This document shows positions 52,743 to 60,468 of a DNA stretch of 60,468 nt, piece after piece (positions within the stretch are counted from its first letter, which is position 1; each line of letters opens with the position of its first letter). The notes under the pieces are model-generated. The model did not search any database. It saw only the letters and a list, made by a program, of their open reading frames with translations, and was not told the origin of the DNA. Source of the DNA: an uncultured Gammaproteobacteria bacterium (GTDB lineage Bacteria; Patescibacteriota; Microgenomatia; UBA8517); the NCBI GenBank assembly GCA_964366085.1, contig CAYISM010000002.1, positions 1-60,468 of the forward strand. The letters are read 5' to 3'. The translations under genes were made by a program, and so were the position numbers.

Positions 52743-53603
52743 TTACTGTCTTTTTCCAATCAAACTCATGCTATCTCCCATATTTAGCCAAGTAGTAATT
52801 AACGAATAGGGAAAAGTAATTAGATTAGTAATGAAACGTTTTTTTAGGGTTGTTAAGGCATCCAAAAGTTCAAGCCATGGATTTGCAAATTCTAAAAGTC
52901 CGGATCTTGACTCTTGGTGAATAACTTTAAATCCGGCTTTCTCAAAAACTCTCTTTAGAGTTTCAAAGGTAAAATGAAAAAGGTGCTCTTCTGGGGTTAA
53001 GAACCGCCAGTAATAACCAAATATTTTTGAAGAGAGACTTCCAAAATTTGGAACGTCCACAAAGACTATTCCACTATTTTTTAAAATTGTCCTGACCTTT
53101 TTTAAAACAACTATTGGGTTTATGACGTGTTCTAGGGTATGGTTTAAAATAACAACGTCAAAATAGTTAGACGGTAGCCTTGCTTTTTCAAAAGTTGATC
53201 TTAAAACTTTTATGCCTTTTTCTTTGGCTACTTCTCCGCTTTCCGATGGCTCTACTCCCCACACTTCACATCCTTTGTCCTTGAAAAGCTTCAAAAAAAC
53301 TCCCGTTGAACAACCTATATCAAGAACCCTCCTTTTTCTACTACTAATGAATCGATTCATTAGTAGTAACCTCTTAAGAAAAATGTTGCGAAACATTTTC
53401 TCAAATATTTGATAATCTTCATCTCTATGATAGTTCTCATAGCTTGTCTTTGTCTTGCCATGAGTAGCAATCAAACCACAATTTAAACATCTGTCGACCG
53501 AAAGATTATTAATTACATGAAGTTTTTTAAATTTTTTGCCGCCGCACAAAACGCATTCCACCTCAAAAAATCCTCCTTTTAATTCTTTTAAGAGGGGTTT
53601 CAA
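52743..53603 (-). CDS. Class I SAM-dependent methyltransferase with an N-terminal Zn ribbon
   Basis: Contains CVLCGGKKF...CLNCGL followed by VLDIGCSTGVF (motif I). Confidence 0.85.
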   Translation of the reverse strand: MKPLLKELKGGFFEVECVLCGGKKFKKLHVINNLSVDRCLNCGLIATHGKTKTSYENYHRDEDYQIFEKMFRNIFLKRLLLMNRFISSRKRRVLDIGCSTGVFLKLFKDKGCEVWGVEPSESGEVAKEKGIKVLRSTFEKARLPSNYFDVVILNHTLEHVINPIVVLKKVRTILKNSGIVFVDVPNFGSLSSKIFGYYWRFLTPEEHLFHFTFETLKRVFEKAGFKVIHQESRSGLLEFANPWLELLDALTTLKKRFITNLITFPYSLITTWLNMGDSMSLIGKRQ

Positions 53604-54387
53604 GTAATGCCCTCAATTTATAATTTCGATCCATTGTGGCCCATGGAGAGGTAACTATTGTCGGTCTATTTCGGAAAAAAACTTCAGGATAATAAAAATC
53701 TTTAGGAAATTCTTCTCCAATCTCATATTTGATTTTAAACTTTCTTCTGTAAGCCAGCAGGTCTTGTCCAATGTTTCCCGATCTTAACAGGTGTGTAGCA
53801 TGCAAATAAGGGGCTTCGACGTAGCGATTTTTTTTGGGATCACGATTCTGAATCATATTATTATTCTTATCTACCCACCCCCAGTCCCATTCCACTCCAA
53901 ACGATTTCAATCCCGGTATCTTTCGGTTTATACCACGAAGGTTCATGTGTCCCATCCTTCCCGCAAGTCTATATCTACCCGCTTTTTCTTCAAGATAGTG
54001 ATAAACGTCTCCAACAAGATTTACCGTTGGAACAACAATAGATTCAAGCATGTCCCCTTCCTCTTTAATCAATTGAATTACTTTTGAAATAGAATCATCC
54101 CACCAGATTTCATCTCCATCTACAACTAAAAACCAATCAGATTCTGTCGCATCTAACATTTTTTGCCTTATATCGTCTTCATTTCTAAAATTCTCTCTGA
54201 TAATTCTGAAGTCTATTTTTTCTTGAGACTCTTTGGTTTCTAAAATTTTCTTTATAATTTCAAGCGTTTCATCGTTACTCCCATTGTCCCAAAGTAAAAT
54301 TCTATCAACATAATTTATAACTGACATTACTGAATACCAGATAAATCTGGCTTCGTTTTTAACCAAACAATGACAAACTATTTTCAT
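53563..54387 (-). CDS. Glycosyltransferase family 2-like
   Basis: Contains MKIVCHCLVKNEARFI, WDNGSNDET and VVDGDEIW. The ATG at 54387 forms an ATGA overlap with the upstream stop; the ORF-track start at 54546 is an extension. Confidence 0.78.
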   Translation of the reverse strand: MKIVCHCLVKNEARFIWYSVMSVINYVDRILLWDNGSNDETLEIIKKILETKESQEKIDFRIIRENFRNEDDIRQKMLDATESDWFLVVDGDEIWWDDSISKVIQLIKEEGDMLESIVVPTVNLVGDVYHYLEEKAGRYRLAGRMGHMNLRGINRKIPGLKSFGVEWDWGWVDKNNNMIQNRDPKKNRYVEAPYLHATHLLRSGNIGQDLLAYRRKFKIKYEIGEEFPKDFYYPEVFFRNRPTIVTSPWATMDRNYKLRALLETPLKRIKRRIF

Positions 54388-55655
54388 ATAGATTTTTTGA
54401 ACTTGTTCATCACCCAAACTGCCGGGACAACCAAACCGAAGAGATCTCCAACCAGAATTGCTAAAGCCGCTCCCACAATTCCAAAGTTTGCGATAAAGAA
54501 CCAACCCAAAATACCAACAATAAAAAGTTGTCCAAGCGTTATCCATACAAACAATTTTGGGTATGCAAAATAATAAATAATGCTGGTATGGACGGGGACA
54601 GAGATTAAAAATATTGATTGTGCGACAAGAAGAATTATAAAGGGAGCAATACTTGCATAGTAAGCGGCGCCATAAAAATGTGGAATTACAAAATAAGATA
54701 ACGGTATACCGAAAACCAAACCGATAATCGCCAGACCAATTACAAATAACTGAAATTTCTTAAGATAAGAAATCACTTTTGGATTATTATCAAAACTTGC
54801 AAGTTTGGGTGCAACGACTACCCCCAAAGCAAAAACTATTTGGGGAACGACACTTGCAAGATTATTGGCAACAGAATATATACCGACATCTTCTAACGTA
54901 AGAAATCTTGTGATCAAGAAAGTGTCTAATCTTGAAGCAACTGCTGCAATTAGGGTAAAAATCGCAACCCATTTATTAAATGAAAGTAGTTCTTTGATGA
55001 CCGATCCCTCGCCTTTCACGACTAAAAATTTAGGCAGGAATAATAGTCCTCCCAGAAATCCAAAAAATGGGAATAGTATATAAACCCAAAGTGAAGAATT
55101 CAAACTAAGAAAACCTGTGTAAAAAAGAATAAAGATAACAAGAAGTCTCAACAGATTAGATGAAATAATAAGTCCTCCCCAAGCCCAAAATTTTTGTAAA
55201 GCCTGTATTGCGGAGGTTGAAAAAGAAAAAAGTAGTGCGCCTCCCACACCCAGCAAGGAAAGTCTCAAAGGATAAACTAGCTCTGGTTTCTTAAAAAAAT
55301 TCCATGCGACAATCGGGATTAAAAACCATCCCAACGCCAAGACGATCAATGAAAATAAGATTTTTATTTCAAGACTCAACTTAAGGACTTTAAGTGCTCT
55401 CTGCTTTTCCGAAACAATATATTTTCCAACAAATTTAACAATTCCCGTCCCGGTTCCTACATCCGAAATATCTCCGAGGAGGGTGAGCGTCGCAACAGAG
55501 ACTGAAAAAATTCCAAACGAAGACGGACCCAAATAGCGCGCCAGGAGTATATAAAAAACCATCCCTAACGCCGCGTTTATAATCGTTGCGGAGGAGGTGA
55601 TAACACTCTCATACACCGTTCTTGTTTTCAATAACGAAAGTATCTTATCCTTCAT
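54384..55655 (-). CDS. Polysaccharide/oligosaccharide flippase (Wzx-like, MOP superfamily)
   Basis: 423 aa with at least 12 TM helices and typical Wzx-like N-terminal topology. Confidence 0.72.
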   Translation of the reverse strand: MKDKILSLLKTRTVYESVITSSATIINAALGMVFYILLARYLGPSSFGIFSVSVATLTLLGDISDVGTGTGIVKFVGKYIVSEKQRALKVLKLSLEIKILFSLIVLALGWFLIPIVAWNFFKKPELVYPLRLSLLGVGGALLFSFSTSAIQALQKFWAWGGLIISSNLLRLLVIFILFYTGFLSLNSSLWVYILFPFFGFLGGLLFLPKFLVVKGEGSVIKELLSFNKWVAIFTLIAAVASRLDTFLITRFLTLEDVGIYSVANNLASVVPQIVFALGVVVAPKLASFDNNPKVISYLKKFQLFVIGLAIIGLVFGIPLSYFVIPHFYGAAYYASIAPFIILLVAQSIFLISVPVHTSIIYYFAYPKLFVWITLGQLFIVGILGWFFIANFGIVGAALAILVGDLFGLVVPAVWVMNKFKKSI

Positions 55656-58170
55656 TGTTCTTAGTTTTTACCCATAAATATATAACTCCCAGGAGTAGCA
55701 AAGAAACTCCCGACCAATACATTCCCCACCGCACATTTTCCTGTCCTTTAAATTCAATTCTCAAGTCTCTCCATTTATCATCGACGTAAAATCCATTAAC
55801 CATAGAAAAAATAGGTACAGAATCATGAGATTCTTCACCGCGTCTTAGTTTCCAAAGTGGACTGAACCTATCCGTAAATATAATCCAGTGATAACCCTCG
55901 GATGGGATAAACTTATATTTTAATGTTCCCCATTTCTCCATATTGACTTCCCTGTATCCTAACTCTGATTTCAAATTTTTCATATCAGTCTCGCCAAAGT
56001 GTTTGACAAAAACATCGGCTTTTGCCAGCGCCTTTTCATAATCGCTCTTTGAAACCAGTCCAACCGTATTTAGAATCTCCAAATCATAATTATTTTCAAA
56101 GACTTGCACAGATTTGCCTTTTGAAAGTTTAAGGGGGGTACTACTCCACCTCATCTGAGTTTGGTGTTGGGAAGGAATCATTGAGCGGTAAATTAATAGA
56201 TAATCTCCATTTTCGGGAACCTCAAATTTAAATTCAATCTTTTCACCTTTTTTAGTAGAAAAAGCAATTCCTTTTCCAAAATCAAAGTCGTTAAACTTAA
56301 TGCCTCTAATCAGAAGCTCGTATTTATACTTTAGATATTGATCTTTTGTATAAACAGCCCACTGCTTTTTAGACGCCTCACTTGGGCCAATAAAAAACTT
56401 TTGTAAAAAACTCATTGCAAGATCGGATTTCTCCCTGTTGTTAAAAATCAGCGAGACAGAGTTTGCGTCAAGACCCTCAAGATCCGTAAAGTTGAGCTTG
56501 CCGTCTTCGAAATATACAGTTGGCACGGGCAAGTTGTTATTTTCCAATGGCTGACCAACAACCGCCACCAACTTCTTGACCGCAAAAAATCGGGGATAAG
56601 CATCATTAACCTTATATACCGGAATATTTGTTCCCCAATTAACTTTCTCCAGATTCTTGGAAGAATTAATCAAATTCAGAATTGCATTCCAGTTCTTTTT
56701 CTCACTGTCATCTTTTGTCATAGACCTGGGATCATCGGACAAAATCAAATATCTAATTCCCAAAACTCTTAACCATCCTGCATAGTTGTCAAAATTTAAG
56801 AAATTAAAAACATCCTCACCGGCATTCATATAGGCAAACGGCCAAAAGGTCGCAAGGTCTCTGGCGTCAATTGCCGGGTGGTCAATGGTTTCGAAAGTAA
56901 GTGGATGTCTTTCCGGAAACCAAAGAGTTCGATAAGCAAAGCTTGCGCCTCCGGCGTAAAATGAGTTATCGCTTTTCAGATTTTCATAAATCTTTTGTAA
57001 GTCTGTATTTTGTTGCCTATTAGACAGATTAAAATTCATCTTTCCCAAAAGTGCGGGAGAAATTAACAATAGAAGGTAAATATAAAATGGGACTTTTAGT
57101 TTTTGCGAAATTGCGTCAATAGTATTTCCTATTAACATTCCGCCAAATAGAACCAAAGGGATAAAGAATTTTGTTGAGTCCCGAAAGGCCGATCCATAAG
57201 GTAGGTTAACAATAAAATTGTAAGAATATAAAATTGCGAATGCTAAAAAGATAAATCCTAAAGAAATTGTCTTTCTTTCTCGTCTAAAAAATAAGCCTCC
57301 AAATATCAAAAGAGGCACAACGGCAAAATAAAAAGGCGGACGAGAAACTTTACCAAACAAATTCACCGGCCAATGAGGGGCACGCAAAAGAAAGGGGTCA
57401 AACCATGATGTAATCTTTAATTCCGATGGAAGAAATGGGTGTCCGGAACCTCCGTTTTTGAGAAGAGGATATATCCAATATAAATTGATTAAGAACCAAC
57501 AAAAAATAAGAGGCGCAAGAAATAGAAGAGACTTAAACTTTAATTCTAAAATTTGCCAGATCACTACTACCGCCAGGGCAATAGCTGCAATTCTCGGGTC
57601 CGCAATCCCACACAATACTAAAAAGAAAAGGCCTAAATAAAAATTTTTAAGGGATGGAGCGTCAACCAGTTTTTTCAAAAAAAGCAAAGATAAGGGAAAA
57701 AGTCCATAGGAAAGAGCTATTCCAACTTGTCCACCATCAATTACAAGAAGGAAATACGTATTAAGAATATAGAATAACGAAGAAAAAAAGGAAACTGTCT
57801 TTGATAATTTCAAATATCTTGTCAACAAAAACGGACCAACACCCGCAAGAATTATCGAAGGGAAATAAAACAAAATTCTAATAATTAAATCGTTATTTAA
57901 GGTAAAGATGTTATGTAGCAGTCCATAAACTACCATGATCGGCGAAAGCCAAAGAACTAGATTGACACCACCCAAACTGTGTCCGCGATTAATCCATGCT
58001 AAGGGTTCACTCACCAGTTCTCTCAGGCCTTCCGGATAAAAAAACGGCGCATCTCCCCAAACGAGATGCCCTAGCCCGCCTGTCGGCGAGGTAAAAAGAA
58101 AAAGGTTCTTAAAAACAAGAAGGGAAGGAAGGACAATTGCCAGGAAAAATGCTATGTTCTTGAATCTCAC
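55645..58170 (-). CDS. Large polytopic membrane protein with a C-terminal ectodomain and terminal TM helix (YfhO/GT-C-like)
   Basis: 841 aa with a GTG start. The C-terminal module FSPLWKL...VNGFYVDD...LRIEFKGQENVRWGMYWSGVSLLLL is paralogous to the partial ORF at the window end. Confidence 0.7.
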   Translation of the reverse strand: MRFKNIAFFLAIVLPSLLVFKNLFLFTSPTGGLGHLVWGDAPFFYPEGLRELVSEPLAWINRGHSLGGVNLVLWLSPIMVVYGLLHNIFTLNNDLIIRILFYFPSIILAGVGPFLLTRYLKLSKTVSFFSSLFYILNTYFLLVIDGGQVGIALSYGLFPLSLLFLKKLVDAPSLKNFYLGLFFLVLCGIADPRIAAIALAVVVIWQILELKFKSLLFLAPLIFCWFLINLYWIYPLLKNGGSGHPFLPSELKITSWFDPFLLRAPHWPVNLFGKVSRPPFYFAVVPLLIFGGLFFRRERKTISLGFIFLAFAILYSYNFIVNLPYGSAFRDSTKFFIPLVLFGGMLIGNTIDAISQKLKVPFYIYLLLLISPALLGKMNFNLSNRQQNTDLQKIYENLKSDNSFYAGGASFAYRTLWFPERHPLTFETIDHPAIDARDLATFWPFAYMNAGEDVFNFLNFDNYAGWLRVLGIRYLILSDDPRSMTKDDSEKKNWNAILNLINSSKNLEKVNWGTNIPVYKVNDAYPRFFAVKKLVAVVGQPLENNNLPVPTVYFEDGKLNFTDLEGLDANSVSLIFNNREKSDLAMSFLQKFFIGPSEASKKQWAVYTKDQYLKYKYELLIRGIKFNDFDFGKGIAFSTKKGEKIEFKFEVPENGDYLLIYRSMIPSQHQTQMRWSSTPLKLSKGKSVQVFENNYDLEILNTVGLVSKSDYEKALAKADVFVKHFGETDMKNLKSELGYREVNMEKWGTLKYKFIPSEGYHWIIFTDRFSPLWKLRRGEESHDSVPIFSMVNGFYVDDKWRDLRIEFKGQENVRWGMYWSGVSLLLLGVIYLWVKTKNNEG

Positions 58171-58240
58171 ATCTCAATTATATATACTCATCGCTCCTTA
58201 GTCACTATATGGGTAGATGAAGACAACTCATTGGCGCTAA

Positions 58241-59794
58241 ATGTATTTTTGGTATAAAGTACTCCCACACATGTCTGTTTTTTTAATTCTACTCACGGTA
58301 ACTACTTTTGTTTACCTCCCATTTTTTGCAAATCCTGCCTTACTCTTAAATAGAAATAATGATCTGACAGAATTTTTCTGGCCGATTTTTTACTATCTAA
58401 AGCAAAATATTTTGGTAAATCATCAAATTCCTTTTTGGAATAATATGTTTTTTGCAGGCACTCCGCTTTTGCCAGACCCTCAAAATCCTATCTGGTATTT
58501 GCCAAATGCAATTTTTCTTTTTACTGATATCAATACTGGAATAATAATATCGCTATTTTTACATACTCTTTTCGGAAGCATTGGTATGTATATTGCTTCA
58601 AGAAAAGTTTTTAAATTTTCTAGCCTAATAAGTCTTATGGTTTCTGGAATTTTTACTCTTTCCCCTATTTACTTTTCTTATTTGGAAGCTGGGCATTGGG
58701 GTCTTGCGATTTCTTGGACTTGGATGCCTTATCTTTTACTATCAACTTACCAACTTGGAAACAAGCCAACTCCTAAGAATGTTTTCCTTTTTGCAATTAG
58801 TGCAAGTTCCATGTATTTCAATCATGTTGTTACTGCATTAATTGCAATTGCCCCGGCGGTAGTTTACTGGCTATACAAAAAATCAATCCGTTATCCGACA
58901 GTAGCTCTACTTTTGGCACTTGTTACCATATCTCCTGCTTTAATTCTCCAACTCTCGTGGCTACCAAACACAACCAGGCAAATTCTCCTTGCTTACCCTG
59001 AAACATTTCCGATCTGGAGGGGAAAAAGGGAATATATAAGAACTGTATTTCTTTTTAATCCCGAAACCGAAAAGGCAATTACTTTTGGCATCGTTCCAAC
59101 TATTCTGGCTTTGTATGGATTTATTAAATTAAAAAGAAAACTTAAACTTTTTTTAATTCTTCCCGCTATATTGTTGCTTTTAATAGTTCTTAACAATGTT
59201 TCGCCTATTTTGCCTCTTCTTTTAAAGATTGATTTCTTTGTACTTATGAGAGTAACAACAAGAGTTTGGTTTTTGATTTTCTTTATTCTACTTTTTTCGT
59301 TTGGTTATGCTCTTGAAAAACTAAATAAATATATGACAGTCGCACTCGGATTCTTGGCACTAGTTGAATCAACCCTGATTGGCTACTCATATTTCGTCAA
59401 GCCGATATCAGCAAGGGAAAATATTCCAGTAGTAATCTACAACATTTTAGAGTCAGACAAAACCAATTTTCGTGTATTTTGCCTTTCTCGATGCATCCCA
59501 CAAAAAGAAGCGGCGTTGCGTAATTTGCACCTCGTCGAAGGATACGGAACCTTACCTGAAAAGAATTATTTCTATGTACTTGGGGAAGCTTTAAACACAA
59601 GATGGGACAAGTACTCCTTAAGCGTTCCGCCGTTTGAGGCATATCTTTATCAAAAACTCCAGCCAAATGCCAAACTTCTTAGGGCATTCAATACAAAATA
59701 CGTGATTTCAAAGTATCCTCTTAACGACACAAATTTTGTTTTTTGGGAAAAATTCGACGAATATTATCTATACTTAAATAAACTATGGTTTTAG
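58241..59794 (+). CDS. YfhO-like polytopic membrane protein (putative GT-C glycosyltransferase)
   Basis: DLTEFFWPIFYYLKQNILVNHQIPFWNNMFFAGTPLLPDPQNPIWYLPN resembles the YfhO-family N-terminus. Confidence 0.65.
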   Translation: MYFWYKVLPHMSVFLILLTVTTFVYLPFFANPALLLNRNNDLTEFFWPIFYYLKQNILVNHQIPFWNNMFFAGTPLLPDPQNPIWYLPNAIFLFTDINTGIIISLFLHTLFGSIGMYIASRKVFKFSSLISLMVSGIFTLSPIYFSYLEAGHWGLAISWTWMPYLLLSTYQLGNKPTPKNVFLFAISASSMYFNHVVTALIAIAPAVVYWLYKKSIRYPTVALLLALVTISPALILQLSWLPNTTRQILLAYPETFPIWRGKREYIRTVFLFNPETEKAITFGIVPTILALYGFIKLKRKLKLFLILPAILLLLIVLNNVSPILPLLLKIDFFVLMRVTTRVWFLIFFILLFSFGYALEKLNKYMTVALGFLALVESTLIGYSYFVKPISARENIPVVIYNILESDKTNFRVFCLSRCIPQKEAALRNLHLVEGYGTLPEKNYFYVLGEALNTRWDKYSLSVPPFEAYLYQKLQPNAKLLRAFNTKYVISKYPLNDTNFVFWEKFDEYYLYLNKLWF

Positions 59795-59843
59795 TCTTAA
59801 TTCTTGTTTCGTCATTCATACTTCGTCTCCGATACAATATATT

Positions 59844-60215
59844 TTAAAACCTTCTCAACCTTTCTCCAAAAAGTAAAGTAACACCAATTAAAAAGGACTG
59901 GAACGTATAAATTGAGATCCTCTCAGCCCAAACATTTATCCCCAAGATTCTCATTCCTCCCGCAAATATCCAAAGCAACAAAGACACAACAAACAAAGAT
60001 CTACTTCCTGCTCCTAAAAGAATAACCGAGGCGATAAGCGAAATAAAGACAATAACATTGATACTTATTATCCAAAAAGGATCGAAGTATTTGGCCGAAT
60101 GTAACAACACCAGGATAATTAGTAAAGTGTTAAATATCGCCAAATTTATATAATGAGAAGAAACCCAAACGGCCGCTTTTTTTTGGAGATTTACGAGAAT
60201 TTTTGAGTGTAACAT
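59844..60215 (-). CDS. Small polytopic membrane protein, function unknown
   Basis: 123 aa with 3-4 TM helices. Confidence 0.6.
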   Translation of the reverse strand: MLHSKILVNLQKKAAVWVSSHYINLAIFNTLLIILVLLHSAKYFDPFWIISINVIVFISLIASVILLGAGSRSLFVVSLLLWIFAGGMRILGINVWAERISIYTFQSFLIGVTLLFGERLRRF

Positions 60216-60217
60216 TA

Positions 60218-60468
60218 TTATTTATGTCGACTCCTCCGAATGAGAAAATATCCGCAACTTATGAGAAGTGTTAAACATGATATCGCCAGGCCGGTATTAA
60301 ACAATATTTGGGGTTTATAGTATATCTTGAAAGTATATTTATCAGGCATTCCTTCAAAATACCAACCGTTTGCATATAAGTTTATAGAAAAGTGTTTTAA
60401 TTCGGCATTAATGGGATTACCCATCTCATTAAAAACTTTAATTTCCCAATCAGGCGAATAATTCTCGG
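60218..60468 (-). CDS. C-terminal part of a YfhO/GT-C-like membrane protein (5' end lies outside the window)
   Basis: The frame stays open to the window edge (ENYSPDWEIKVFNEMGNPIN...YANGWYFEG...FKIYYKPQILFNTGLAISCLTLL). It parallels the C-terminus of the 841-aa protein. Confidence 0.65.
   Translation of the reverse strand, partial: ENYSPDWEIKVFNEMGNPINAELKHFSINLYANGWYFEGMPDKYTFKIYYKPQILFNTGLAISCLTLLISCGYFLIRRSRHK

Noticed and set aside
1-60468. CRISPR arrays, rRNA genes, prophage or defence-system genes
   Set aside because: No regularly spaced direct repeats with unique spacers were seen. There are no rRNA-like conserved stretches, and no nuclease, helicase or ATPase gene clusters outside the housekeeping and glycan functions.

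Overview
AT-rich (about 35-38% GC) bacterial window, almost entirely coding, with about 90% of genes on the minus strand in long overlapping operons. The gene content suggests a Patescibacteria/CPR-like genome: small RecO, DUF4012, many GT-C membrane proteins and apparently leaderless promoters. That taxon call is inference. Left to right the window holds: the lepB 3' end, parB, rpmA, rplU, rodA and ileS (interrupted by one in-frame TAA); a small accessory patch with a GC-rich orphan gene and a TrpR/YerC-like regulator flanked by twin palindromes; an SDR and a PNPOx-like gene; and a complete dcw cluster read on the minus strand (mraZ-rsmH-ftsL-ftsI-murE-[NlpC/P60-like]-[MurE-like ligase]-[NlpC/P60-like]-murF-mraY-ftsW-murG-ftsQ-ftsA-ftsZ). 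After that come glyQS, three small unknown genes and recO, followed by a surface-glycan locus of about 32 kb (28.6-60.4 kb). That locus carries DUF4012, a priming sugar-phosphate transferase, ManC-like, 6 GT4, 4 GT2, 6 or more polytopic GT-C/YfhO-like proteins, an O-antigen-ligase-like protein, a Wzx-like flippase, an acetyltransferase and a methyltransferase. It is interrupted by a RAYT/IS200-like Y1 transposase element and by the remnants of an exonuclease III gene. No rRNA, tRNA or CRISPR array was recognised. The best candidate for something undescribed is a duplicated two-gene module inside the dcw cluster: a cytoplasmic NlpC/P60-like Cys enzyme next to a MurE-family ligase. It sits where murD/murC usually lie. 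Other notable items are an 88-bp repeated intergenic element with conserved stems, non-triplet (7-nt and 16-nt) tandem repeats inside ileS and glycan genes, a putative MraZ operator, and recombination scars around the RAYT and xth.
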